Shown here: positions 46,401-54,543 of the stretch, in pieces
How positions within the stretch are numbered: the stretch's first letter is position 1
Layout: every line of letters starts with the position of its first letter
Origin: Candidatus Latescibacterota bacterium
GTDB taxonomy: Bacteria > Latescibacterota > UBA2968 > UBA8231
Reading direction: 5' to 3'
NCBI GenBank assembly: GCA_964291625.2
Contig: OZ220089.1
Coordinates: 2,944,001-3,008,000 of the forward strand
Length of the DNA stretch: 64,000 nucleotides
Position numbers and translations under genes: made by a program
The notes under the pieces: model-generated
What the model saw: only the letters and a program-made list of their open reading frames with translations
Told to the model about the DNA's origin: nothing
Databases searched by the model: none

Positions 46401-48082
46401 TGGACAACTACGAGTGGACAGCGCAGACCAATCTGCTGACGGTGGAGGTTCAGGGCCAGGCTCCTCTGGTGCAGATCCAGAGCATCATCGACTCGGGGCT
46501 CGGCAGTGTGCATGGGTCGCTGGCTAGAGTCTGTGGGACCCCTTCAATCGGGGAGTTGGATGACTTGGTGGGGAGATACGGTGCGTCCCCCCTCCATCTC
46601 GCAACCATTGCGCAGACAGTGGGGGAGAGGCACATGGACCTGAGTGAGAGGGCGTTCTGTGCTTTCTCGGGACTGCTGGGAGACCAAGACCCGCTTGTGG
46701 AGGTGGGAGCGGTCTGGCTTCTGCTAGGCCTAAACGCGCCAGAGCAGCTGGGTGGCCTACTGGAGGGAAGACGCTGGGAGTGGTCTGCAGGCAAGTCCGA
46801 TTTGGAGAACACGATGGGCTCGCTTGCGGTTGCTGCCGCGAACGAGGGCAGGGAGCTATCTAGATTTGCAGGGAGGCTCTATCCCGCGACACTGCTTGAA
46901 GTGATGGCAGGGAGGAACAATACCCAAGAAGACGTAGCACTAGCTGTTTCACTTCTCGATAGTGTTGTCCTCGATACTGAGAACGATGCTCCTGAGTCTC
47001 CGCTTGAGATCTACTACGATCGAAGTTCCGCAGAAGAGTCAAGGAGCTACCTGTACACCTCTGCAGGGTTTCGTGTCAAAGATCAAAATGATAGGGATAG
47101 CCACTTCTGGGATAGAGTCACCTCCCCCGAACAGTACGAGGAGCGTCTCCAGACGCTGCGCCAAGCCTACTCTTCAGAAGTGAAGAAAGTCAGGAGTCTT
47201 GGCGCTCAGTTCCACTTGGAGTTTGTGGATCCCCAGTTCTTTGATCCCGTTCTTCGACATTGCCCAGGCGCAGTGGACAGGTGGCTAGACGGGATCGGGT
47301 CGCGCTCCCAAGCTTTTTGCCGCAGGATCCATCTGGCGAACGGGTTTTATGTTTCTCTGTGTGAGGCTCTCTTGTCAGCTGTTCCGGTCCAAGGCGTGGC
47401 GCTCTGGCGAGCATTGAGGGAGTGCCAGAGTCAGGTGAAGTTCACCGTCCATGGAGACATGGATAGACTTGTGCATGCACTGATATGCGCGGACCAAAGC
47501 CCCGAGGTAGACGACGCACTGAAGGAAGTCCATGCGGTTCAGCACTCACGGAGCGATCAGGAGTTGACTAATCTCCTCGTTGGGGCTCGCCTTTCAGGGC
47601 GCTTGGACTGGCTGCAGCAGATGGTGGAACGTGATGCAGGGTCTCCATGTCCCCTGCATAGGCGGCGAGGGGCCTTTCTCAAGCCACAGTTGCGAGTACC
47701 ACCGATTGCGGGGAGCGACGCTTGGCCGGTAGGGAGGGCCTATTGGGGATCCCGAGAGACGGCATGGAAGCTGGCCCAGCGCGAGGCATTCGCGAAACAC
47801 TGGCTTCAAGCATTTGCGCAGGCGGAGACCCCTGAGGGAGCATACGCGGCTTGGCGCCTATTCCTAGCTTGCGTGGACCGCCGGGCGTTGAGTTGGATGG
47901 ACAGTGTCCTCGATCAGCACTCCACCCCCGATCTCGAGTTTGAAGACGCCAAGGGCCGGTTCCTGCAGCAGCAAGCAGGGCGATTGAAGCGTGCCATGGC
48001 CGACAACGAGAACCACTGGTCGGAGAACCTCGCTGGAAAGAGATACCCGAGGACACTCATGCCTTGGAATGCACGGCTTTGA
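43433..48082 (+). CDS. Avs-like antiviral STAND protein: Mrr-like nuclease + STAND/NACHT ATPase + long helical sensor
   Basis: N-term E.L...LL..LLG....G.Q.GGDG..IYEARRY..EI..WMLITT; Walker A GSEGMGKT; Walker B LLYFDGLNE; 1549 aa; visibly lower GC than flanks. Confidence 0.7.
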   Translation: MSAIAVQVSELKEALLSAPPEAVEHLAGVLLGRLLGVQFRFARRGSQRGGDGGAQGTAGRDLIYEARRYRDCTPLRDREIRGEIDEAVERNPDLELWMLITTRAVSEQTHTAMEGAARPRGVSTLILDWTPESLPTLAVLCSIDPQSVETAIGEGHRDCLEAINRSSEARTALQGIRSQLEQWAVGFELLRRLSHERVRDIWQCPSSAMALFNQNVAGGANPDSHVERAPAMEQLDSWHAEEENRPAVVTGSEGMGKTWAAIDWLQARLQSLPIVVLVPSSSLHSPITTRAELIAFIARLVRDLDPEAERDQAFWEGRVRRLLYRPTEEGPVFLLYFDGLNERPSLDWPAVFNCLQDEVFGGRTRILASARKTFVSERMGDFRNVYQEPVRLEVGHYDTAPGGEFDRKLAAEDLLLAEFPESLLRLASVPRMFDLVVQLRDRLGAVEGVTLHRLLWEYGASAIVASTFGPSRWSEFILELAGKFLERSQPKWSDVEQFSAGAASTPDQIYVRVSTVVDSVFANLDRDGDLTFEPDFVHHSLGLALVKRLESTSLEEPSEELDGFLQPLGAYDEAAEILRAAISITLARQSEGQRPSFLGALCTSWVQMQNLPDHHLDELGVLAHEMVEPLLEAVERSPGPALSSPRYIAINALATVDKGSPAVARTIADLASRWQRVISLERARHSADRSGDSEYTWRRDLLEERIGTAEVGSVLVLGTEIQIVENGDPELPLVAAQLLQGRPLVEAIQFLEAGAIHQAITGTPQEAQSWLNSLNVLDPVETAERLRSRSIQLRSFVPETGVHSDLPKRVAALLLWRTGFEEDARSAAELDPPMERPLSYEEAYLSDPAASLSYPLERRHALHALSRQDLPARYRVNRAEDAIVDPSFSVPDLLASELVTEVEALNFDEVNTGTSRTREDLLWSDLSLGLARCAPEELSRIERQRMRGYSQRSGQSRFAAALATLDAMLLVTEGERLAMRRLRGDAPEGMDNYEWTAQTNLLTVEVQGQAPLVQIQSIIDSGLGSVHGSLARVCGTPSIGELDDLVGRYGASPLHLATIAQTVGERHMDLSERAFCAFSGLLGDQDPLVEVGAVWLLLGLNAPEQLGGLLEGRRWEWSAGKSDLENTMGSLAVAAANEGRELSRFAGRLYPATLLEVMAGRNNTQEDVALAVSLLDSVVLDTENDAPESPLEIYYDRSSAEESRSYLYTSAGFRVKDQNDRDSHFWDRVTSPEQYEERLQTLRQAYSSEVKKVRSLGAQFHLEFVDPQFFDPVLRHCPGAVDRWLDGIGSRSQAFCRRIHLANGFYVSLCEALLSAVPVQGVALWRALRECQSQVKFTVHGDMDRLVHALICADQSPEVDDALKEVHAVQHSRSDQELTNLLVGARLSGRLDWLQQMVERDAGSPCPLHRRRGAFLKPQLRVPPIAGSDAWPVGRAYWGSRETAWKLAQREAFAKHWLQAFAQAETPEGAYAAWRLFLACVDRRALSWMDSVLDQHSTPDLEFEDAKGRFLQQQAGRLKRAMADNENHWSENLAGKRYPRTLMPWNARL

Positions 48083-48119
48083 GCGGGTGTTTCTTGCCGC
48101 CCGTGCCGGTTTGTTCCGG

Positions 48120-48778
48120 TAGCGGATGATCCCTTGCCAAGTGCCGGCGGTTAACTCGCTCCAGTCGTCTATTGGCTGCCGCCGCCGCTCGAACAGATCG
48201 GTCGCCGGTAGGCCGCCTCGACCCGGTCGCTGTTGACGTGCGCCAGCGGGAGCTCGCAGACCGCCCGGGGGGCATCGGAGCACTCCGCCGCCCAGTCGCG
48301 AGAGCTCGACCGGGAACCTTGGGGCATCGCCGGGATGGCGAGCTCCCGGACCAGATTCGAGATCGTCATGTCGCTCAGGGTCCTGTCGCGCACGCTCACC
48401 AGACCGGAGCCATCGGCCAGCTGTAGGGCCTTTGACCAGCAGCTGCAGGACCCGCGGCGAGAGCGGGACCCGGTGCTCCCGGCCCGCCTGGATTCGGTCC
48501 GCCGGCACGGTCCACGCGCGTCCTTCCAGATCAATTCCCTCCCACGGGGCGCCCGGACCTCGCGGACCTAGCTGCGGTCAGGACCAGGAACTCGAGAGCG
48601 AGCTTCGGCGCCGGCTAGGCGTTCGAGGCGCGCACCTTGCGCAAAAGCCCCGGCCACATCAGCATGCGGGAGCGCTCTCTGGTGCTTCTAAGGACCTCGC
48701 CCTTGGGCAGGGCGGCGCTGGTGGCGTCCCCGGCGGGGTTGTCCTCGCGGTGTCCCTTGGCCACGGTCCACTTCAACC
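48120..48778 (-). mobile_element. Degraded P4-type tyrosine integrase (C-terminal half, multiple frameshifts and stops)
   Basis: Pieced frames: KWTVAKGHREDNPAGDA..LPK; LEFLVLTAARS; REHRVPLS; LSDMTISNLVREL..PQGSRSSSRDWAAE..CELPLAHVNSDRVEAAYRR..DLFERRRQ. Confidence 0.85.
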
Positions 48779-50347
48779 CTCCGAGTGCCGCCTCTCCAGC
48801 GCCCGGTACTCCTCCAACATCTCATCGTAGACCCCCCGGCTCGCCGGATCCGGCTCGACCGGCGGGGCCACCTGCAGCCGCAGGAAGGGCTCCGCCACCT
48901 CCTCCCAGGACCGCGCCTCCCCCGAGGCTTTGGCGTGTCCGTGGGCGGCCCTGAACGCGGCGCCCAAGGCCGCGGCATTCGTCGTGGCCAGCCGCTGAAC
49001 CGGGCAGCCGTGGATGTCCGCAAACACCCGCAGGATCTCCTCGTTCTCCGAGGCGCCGCCGGTGACCCGCAGGGAGCGGATCCCCACCCCCATCCACTCG
49101 GAGTGGATCCTCGACGACAGGGCCTGCGCCTCGATGACGGCGCGGACGTTGGCCGCGGGGTCGGCCTCGTCGAGGTCCTGGCGCACGATGCCGGGGCGGG
49201 TCACGCGGGGGACGATCTCCTCGTCGAACCAGGGCAGCATGAGGGCGCCGCCGTTGCCGGGGGGCGTCGCCGCCAGCCCCCGGGAGAAGCCGGACCAGTC
49301 GAGGCCGTAGAGGTCGCGAACGGCCTCCCGTGCCAGGCTGCCGTTGAGGAAGCAGATCAGCGCCATGTAGTGGGCGCCGTCGGGCGAGGCGAAGAGGGCG
49401 CCCTCGCCGGTGACCGGCAGCCGGGGCTCGTCCAGGCAGGCGAAGAGGGTGTCGCTGGTGCCCAGGCTCAGGGCTGCCTGGCCCGGCTGCAGCAGGCCGA
49501 GGCCGATGAGGCTGCAGGGGTTGTCGCCGGAGAAGGGCAGCACCCGGCAGTCGGGCGCAAACCCGAAGCGTCCGGTCCAGAAAGGGCTCAGGGTGCCGGC
49601 CACCGCATCCGAAGGGATGACGGGCAGCAGCCGGCGCCCGAGGTCGGGGGCGGTGGCCTCCAGGGCGGGCCGGCTCCAGCGGCGGGTGCGGATGTCCATG
49701 AGGTTCGTCCCGCTGCCGTCGCCGGGGTCGACGGGGACCAGCCGCCCGGCGAGCAGGCTGGCCACGAAGGAGCTGACCAGGCAGATGCAGCCGGTGCGCT
49801 CGTAGGCCTCCGGCTCGTCCTGCCAGAAGCGGCGGATCTGGGGGCCGCTGAAGCGCTCGAAGGCGGTGTTCCCGGTCAGCTCCAGCAGCCGGCTCCGGCC
49901 GCCGACGCCGTCCTCGATCTGGCGGCACTGGTCGCTGGTGGAGGTGTCCATCCAGACCGGGGCCGTGGGCCGCGAGAACACCTCGGAGAGCTGCTCGGCC
50001 AGGTCGTGGTCGGGGTCGAGGCCGCCGAGGGCGCCGGCGGCTGCCTCGTTGAGGTAGACGGTGCCGTGCTGCTGGCCGCTGCCGGCGATCGCCTCGATCC
50101 TCGCGAGATCGACGCCGGTCTCCCGCAGGCGCGCGCACAGCAGTTCCAGGGCCTCGGCCCACATGAGCGGCGGCGAGTGGACCCGGCCGCCGCCGAGGTC
50201 GAGGACGCCCTTGTCGACGCCGTAGCGGGCGGCGAAGTGCTCGTCGAAGCCGATCGACTCCTCGGCCAGTAGAGCGCCGGCCTCCGTATCGATGACGAGA
50301 CCCGTCATCGACTGGGTGCTGCAGTCCAGCCCGAGGAAGTTGCCCAT
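48773..50347 (-). CDS. xylB: Xylulokinase (FGGY kinase, eukaryote-type subfamily-like)
   Basis: LGLDCSTQS, SGQQHGTVY, APVWMDTST, ERFSGPQIR, DGSGTNLMDI, SGDNPCSL, LSLGTSDT, VTGGASEN. Confidence 0.8.
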   Translation of the reverse strand: MGNFLGLDCSTQSMTGLVIDTEAGALLAEESIGFDEHFAARYGVDKGVLDLGGGRVHSPPLMWAEALELLCARLRETGVDLARIEAIAGSGQQHGTVYLNEAAAGALGGLDPDHDLAEQLSEVFSRPTAPVWMDTSTSDQCRQIEDGVGGRSRLLELTGNTAFERFSGPQIRRFWQDEPEAYERTGCICLVSSFVASLLAGRLVPVDPGDGSGTNLMDIRTRRWSRPALEATAPDLGRRLLPVIPSDAVAGTLSPFWTGRFGFAPDCRVLPFSGDNPCSLIGLGLLQPGQAALSLGTSDTLFACLDEPRLPVTGEGALFASPDGAHYMALICFLNGSLAREAVRDLYGLDWSGFSRGLAATPPGNGGALMLPWFDEEIVPRVTRPGIVRQDLDEADPAANVRAVIEAQALSSRIHSEWMGVGIRSLRVTGGASENEEILRVFADIHGCPVQRLATTNAAALGAAFRAAHGHAKASGEARSWEEVAEPFLRLQVAPPVEPDPASRGVYDEMLEEYRALERRHSEG

Positions 50348-50425
50348 CTACCGACCCCTGGTTAGTTTCGCGCCGCCATCCGGTCGAGAAGCTACGTCCA
50401 GCCCCGGGATCCCGGAAAACCGCCC

Positions 50426-51697
50426 ATGCCCGCGCTGCACGACGCCGATCCCGAGGTCGCCGGGATCATCGCCGCCGAGAACGCCCGCCAGCACGCCAAG
50501 ATCCGCCTCATCCCCTCGGAGAACTACGCCGGCCCGGCGGTTCTGGAAGCGACCGGCTCCATCCTGACGAACAAGTACTCCGAGGGCTACGCCGGCCAGC
50601 GCTACTACGAGGGCCAGCAGGAGATCGACCGCCTCGAGGAGCTGGCCGTGGCGCGGGCCCGGGAGCTCTTCGGCGCCGAGCACGTGAACGTGCAGCCCTA
50701 CTCGGGCTCGCCGGCCAACCAGGCCGTCTACCTGGCCCTGGCCGATCCGGGGGACACGGTCATGGGCATGGCCCTCGACCAGGGCGGCCACCTCACCCAC
50801 GGCGCCGCCGTGAGCGTCTCCGGGCGGCACTACAAGCCGGTCCAGTACGGCGTCGACCCCGCCACGGGCCGTCTCGACTACGAGGTGATCGAGGATCTGG
50901 CCCGGCAGTACCGGCCCAAGCTCCTGTTCTGCGGCGCCACCGCCTATCCCCGGGTCATCGACTTCGAGCGCTTCGGCGCCATCGGCCGCCGGACCGGGGC
51001 CGTGGTGGTGGCCGACATGGCCCACATCGCCGGGCTGGTGGCCGCCGGCGTGCACCCGAGCCCGGTGCCGCACGTGGACGTGGTGACCACCACCACCCAC
51101 AAGTCCCTGCGCGGCCCCCGGGGCGGCATGATCCTGTGCCGGCAGGCTTACGCCGAGGCCCTGGACAAGGCCGTCTTCCCCGGCTTGCAGGGGGGCCCCC
51201 ACAACAACACGACGGCGGCCATCGCCGTGGCCCTCAGGGAGGCCGGCACCGGGGAGTTCCGGGCCTACGCGCGGGCCATCGTCGACAACGCCCGCGCCCT
51301 GGCCGAGGCCCTGGCCGGCCGCGGCTTCGACCTGGTCTCGGGGGGCACCGACAACCACCTGCTCCTCGTCGACCTGCGCGGCAAGGGGGTCACCGGCTAC
51401 CAGATGGCCAAGGCCCTGGACGCGGCCGGTATCGTCTGCAACTACAACCTGATCCCGGGGGACCCGAAGCCGGCGCGCCGGCCCAGCGGCATCCGCCTGG
51501 GGACCCCGGCCGTCACCAGCCGCGGCTTCGGCGCCGCCGAGATGGAGCAGCTCGCCGTGTGGATGGACCGCGTGGCCGCCATCCGCGCCGACGAGGGCCT
51601 CGACCGCAAGGCGCGTTCCGCCGCCTACCGGCGCATCGCCGGCGAGGTCCGCGGCCTGTGCAGCCGCTTCCCCGCCCCCGGCCTTTCCGAGGTCTGA
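50426..51697 (+). CDS. glyA: Serine hydroxymethyltransferase
   Basis: LIPSEN, NKYSEGY..RYYEG, NVQPYSGSPAN, GGHLTHG, TTTHKSLRGPRGG, SGGTDNHL, SGIRLGTPA. Confidence 0.95.
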   Translation: MPALHDADPEVAGIIAAENARQHAKIRLIPSENYAGPAVLEATGSILTNKYSEGYAGQRYYEGQQEIDRLEELAVARARELFGAEHVNVQPYSGSPANQAVYLALADPGDTVMGMALDQGGHLTHGAAVSVSGRHYKPVQYGVDPATGRLDYEVIEDLARQYRPKLLFCGATAYPRVIDFERFGAIGRRTGAVVVADMAHIAGLVAAGVHPSPVPHVDVVTTTTHKSLRGPRGGMILCRQAYAEALDKAVFPGLQGGPHNNTTAAIAVALREAGTGEFRAYARAIVDNARALAEALAGRGFDLVSGGTDNHLLLVDLRGKGVTGYQMAKALDAAGIVCNYNLIPGDPKPARRPSGIRLGTPAVTSRGFGAAEMEQLAVWMDRVAAIRADEGLDRKARSAAYRRIAGEVRGLCSRFPAPGLSEV

Positions 51698-51701
51698 TCC
51701 C

Positions 51702-52790
51702 ATGAAGATCACCCGCATCGCCGTCTACGTGGTCAACGTCCCCGAGACCCGCTGGTGGTGGTCCGACGACGAGCACGGACAGCCCGGCCACATGCGAGAC
51801 GAGCACGCCGTCGCCGAGGTCGAGACCGACCAGGGGCTGACCGGCCTGACCCAGATCGGCCGCTTCACCACCCGCGAGGTGATCGAAGAGGGCCTGAGGA
51901 GCTGGCTCGGCCAGGACGTGCTGGAAGTGAACCTGGCCGACCCCTGGCCTCTGATCACGGCCTTCGAGCAGGCCGTCCTCGACCTGCGGGGCCAGGCTCT
52001 TGGCGTGCCCGTCCACCAGCTTCTCGGGGGACGGCGGCGGGACAGCGTCCCCGTCACCATGTGCACCGGCTACAAGACGCCGGCCAACACCGCCGAGCAG
52101 GCGGCGCGGGGCTGGGAGCAGGGGTTCCGGTGGTACAAGATGAAGTGCTGCGCCCGGGAGACGACGCCGGAGGAGCGCATCCGCCACATCGTCGACCGCT
52201 GCCGGGCGATCCACGAGGCCGTCCCCGGCATGGGCATCCGCCCCGATATCCGCTGGCGCCTCCAGGAGGTGCGGGTGGTCCAGGAGCTGTCCCGGCGGCT
52301 GGAGGGGCTCCCCATGGAGTCGCTGGAGAGCCCCATCGCCAAGGCGGCCCAGGGGGGGACCTACTCCGAGTGGCGTCGGCTGCGCTACTCCATCGGCCAT
52401 CCCGTGGCCGATCACGTGGGCGGCGCCGAGGACCTGATCCAGCGCAGCCGGGCCGAGGCCCTGGACTACACCATCCTCGGCGGCAGCCACCTGGAGCTGC
52501 TGCGGCTGTCGGACTTCTCCCATCGGCTCGGACTCGAAGGCTGGTCCCAGTGCGTCGCCTACGGCCCCGGCGCCGCCATGGCCCTGCACGTGGCCGCCTG
52601 CATGGCCAACCTCAGCCGTCCCTACGACATGGTCGGCCCCTTCGCCTGGGAGCACGACCTGACCAACGAGCCCTTCGAGCTGGTCGACGGCGGCTTCGTC
52701 GTCCCCTCGCGGCCCGGCCTCGGATTCACCCTCGACCACGACGCCGTGGGCCGCTACCTCGTGAACCGATTCGTCTACCAAGAGGAATAG
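51702..52790 (+). CDS. Mandelate racemase / muconate lactonizing enzyme family protein
   Basis: VETDQGLTG, DLRGQALGVPVHQLLGG..RDSVP, KMK, ESP, VPSRPGLG. Confidence 0.9.
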   Translation: MKITRIAVYVVNVPETRWWWSDDEHGQPGHMRDEHAVAEVETDQGLTGLTQIGRFTTREVIEEGLRSWLGQDVLEVNLADPWPLITAFEQAVLDLRGQALGVPVHQLLGGRRRDSVPVTMCTGYKTPANTAEQAARGWEQGFRWYKMKCCARETTPEERIRHIVDRCRAIHEAVPGMGIRPDIRWRLQEVRVVQELSRRLEGLPMESLESPIAKAAQGGTYSEWRRLRYSIGHPVADHVGGAEDLIQRSRAEALDYTILGGSHLELLRLSDFSHRLGLEGWSQCVAYGPGAAMALHVAACMANLSRPYDMVGPFAWEHDLTNEPFELVDGGFVVPSRPGLGFTLDHDAVGRYLVNRFVYQEE

Positions 52791-52797
52791 AGATCCC

Positions 52798-54003
52798 ATG
52801 AGCGGCGTGTACCAGCGCTTCGGCGTGCGCACCATCATCAACGCCTCCGGCCCCGCCACCCGGCTGAGCGGCTCGATCATGGCGCCGGAGGTGGCCGAGG
52901 CGATGGCCGAGGCCGGCCGGTCGTGCGTCGACATCGCCGAGCTGCAGGCGGCGGCCAGCTCCGTCATCGCCCGCCACACCGGCGCCGAGGCCGGGTACGT
53001 CACCAGCGGCGCCGCCGCCGGCCTGCTCCTGGGCACGGCGGCCTGCGTCACCGGCCTCGACCCGACCCGCATGAACCGGCTGCCCGACACGACGGGCATG
53101 AAGAGCCGCGTGGTCATGGCCCGCAGCCACCGCAACTTCTACGACCACGCCGTGCGCTCCGTGGGCATCGAGCTGGTGGAGATCGGCATCTCCGACCGCT
53201 TCAGCGGCGCCGGCGTGCGCGACGCCGAGCCGTGGGAGTACGCCGCCGCCATCGACGACGACACGGCGGCCGTGGTCTACGTCGCCTACGCCCACACCCA
53301 GCCCGAGCTGTCCGCCGTCGTCGAGGTCGCCCACGCCGCCTCGGTGCCCGTCATCGTCGACGCCGCCGGACAGCTGCCCCCGGCCTCCAACCTGAGTCGG
53401 TTCCTCGCCGAGGGCGCCGACCTCGTCGCCTTCTCGGGCGGCAAGGCGATCGCCGGCCCCCAGTCCTCCGGCATCCTGGCCGGCCGCCGGGAGCTGATCC
53501 AGGCCGCCGCCCTGCAGCACCTCGACCTCGACATCCTCTGGGACCAGTGGAACCCGCCGGCGGGGCTGATCGACAAGAGCCGCCTGCCCGGGGCGCCCCA
53601 CCACGGCATCGGGCGGCCCTGCAAGGTCGGCAAGGAGGAGATCGTCGGCCTGCTGACGGCCCTGGAGCGCTTCGTGGAGGAGGGCGACGAGGCGAGGCGG
53701 GCCCGCTGGCTCGAGCACATGAGGCAGCTCGCCGAGGCCGCCGGGGCGCTGCCGGGCGCCGAGGTCGAGCTGCGCGACGACCCGAAGCGGGCGGCGATCC
53801 CCGCCGTCCACGTGCAGATCGACGAGGACGCCTGCGGCCTGACCGCCCTCGACGTGGTCCGCGCCCTGCAGGACGGCGACCCAAGCGTCCACGCCAACCC
53901 CAGCCACGTGCGCGAAGGCGTCGTCGCCTTCGGCCCCATGTGCCTGAAGGACGGAGAGCCGGAGGTGGTGGGCCGGCGCCTGCGCGAGGTGCTGGGGGGT
54001 TAG
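52798..54003 (+). CDS. SelA-like PLP enzyme (DgaE / D-glucosaminate-6-phosphate ammonia-lyase-like)
   Basis: IINASG..T.LSGS, VTSGAAAGL, IVDAA, DLVAFSGGKAIAGPQSSG, GIGRPCKVGKEEIVGL. Confidence 0.85.
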   Translation: MSGVYQRFGVRTIINASGPATRLSGSIMAPEVAEAMAEAGRSCVDIAELQAAASSVIARHTGAEAGYVTSGAAAGLLLGTAACVTGLDPTRMNRLPDTTGMKSRVVMARSHRNFYDHAVRSVGIELVEIGISDRFSGAGVRDAEPWEYAAAIDDDTAAVVYVAYAHTQPELSAVVEVAHAASVPVIVDAAGQLPPASNLSRFLAEGADLVAFSGGKAIAGPQSSGILAGRRELIQAAALQHLDLDILWDQWNPPAGLIDKSRLPGAPHHGIGRPCKVGKEEIVGLLTALERFVEEGDEARRARWLEHMRQLAEAAGALPGAEVELRDDPKRAAIPAVHVQIDEDACGLTALDVVRALQDGDPSVHANPSHVREGVVAFGPMCLKDGEPEVVGRRLREVLGG

Positions 54004-54019
54004 CCGGGGGCTGGAGGCC

Positions 54020-54436
54020 CTAGGCCTTGTGCTCGCAGTTGAACTGCCAGTTGATGCCGAACTTGTCGGTGCAGGAGCCGAAGTAGGACCCCCAGAACAT
54101 GTCGGCCGGCGCCATGGTCACCGTGCCGCCCTCCGACATCATGGCGAAGAGCCGGTCGGTCTCTTCCCTGCTCTGCGCGGAGTAGGAGATGGAGAAGTTG
54201 CCGCCCACCGTGGCAGGTCCGAAGCGCGACGGGACATCGCTGCCCATGAGCACGCTCGATCCGATGGGCAGGGAGACGTGCATGATGTTGTCGCGTTCGT
54301 CCTCCGCCACCTCGAAGTCGTCGGGTCCGTTGGCGAAGGTCTCCATCACGGTGAACTCACCCCCGAATACCGAGCGGTAGTACTCGAACGCCTCGCGGCA
54401 GTTTCCGTTGAAATGGAGATAGGTGTTCAGTGTCAT
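54020..54436 (-). CDS. VOC family PhnB-like protein
   Basis: YLHFNGNCREAFEYY..VFGG, IMH..L, FWGSYFG..TDKFGINW. Confidence 0.9.
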   Translation of the reverse strand: MTLNTYLHFNGNCREAFEYYRSVFGGEFTVMETFANGPDDFEVAEDERDNIMHVSLPIGSSVLMGSDVPSRFGPATVGGNFSISYSAQSREETDRLFAMMSEGGTVTMAPADMFWGSYFGSCTDKFGINWQFNCEHKA

Positions 54437-54543
54437 CCGTGCCTCCCGGGCATCGAGTCAGGGCTTTTGAAGCAAGAAGACCCTGATCCCGAACACCGTC
54501 AAGGCGCTGAGAGAGGGCGCCTGACGCCGGGGGACTTCCGCCG

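Noticed and set aside
52798-54003. selA (selenocysteine synthase) call
   Set aside because: Lacks the SelA N-terminal domain, no selB/selC nearby; motifs fit the DgaE-like subfamily
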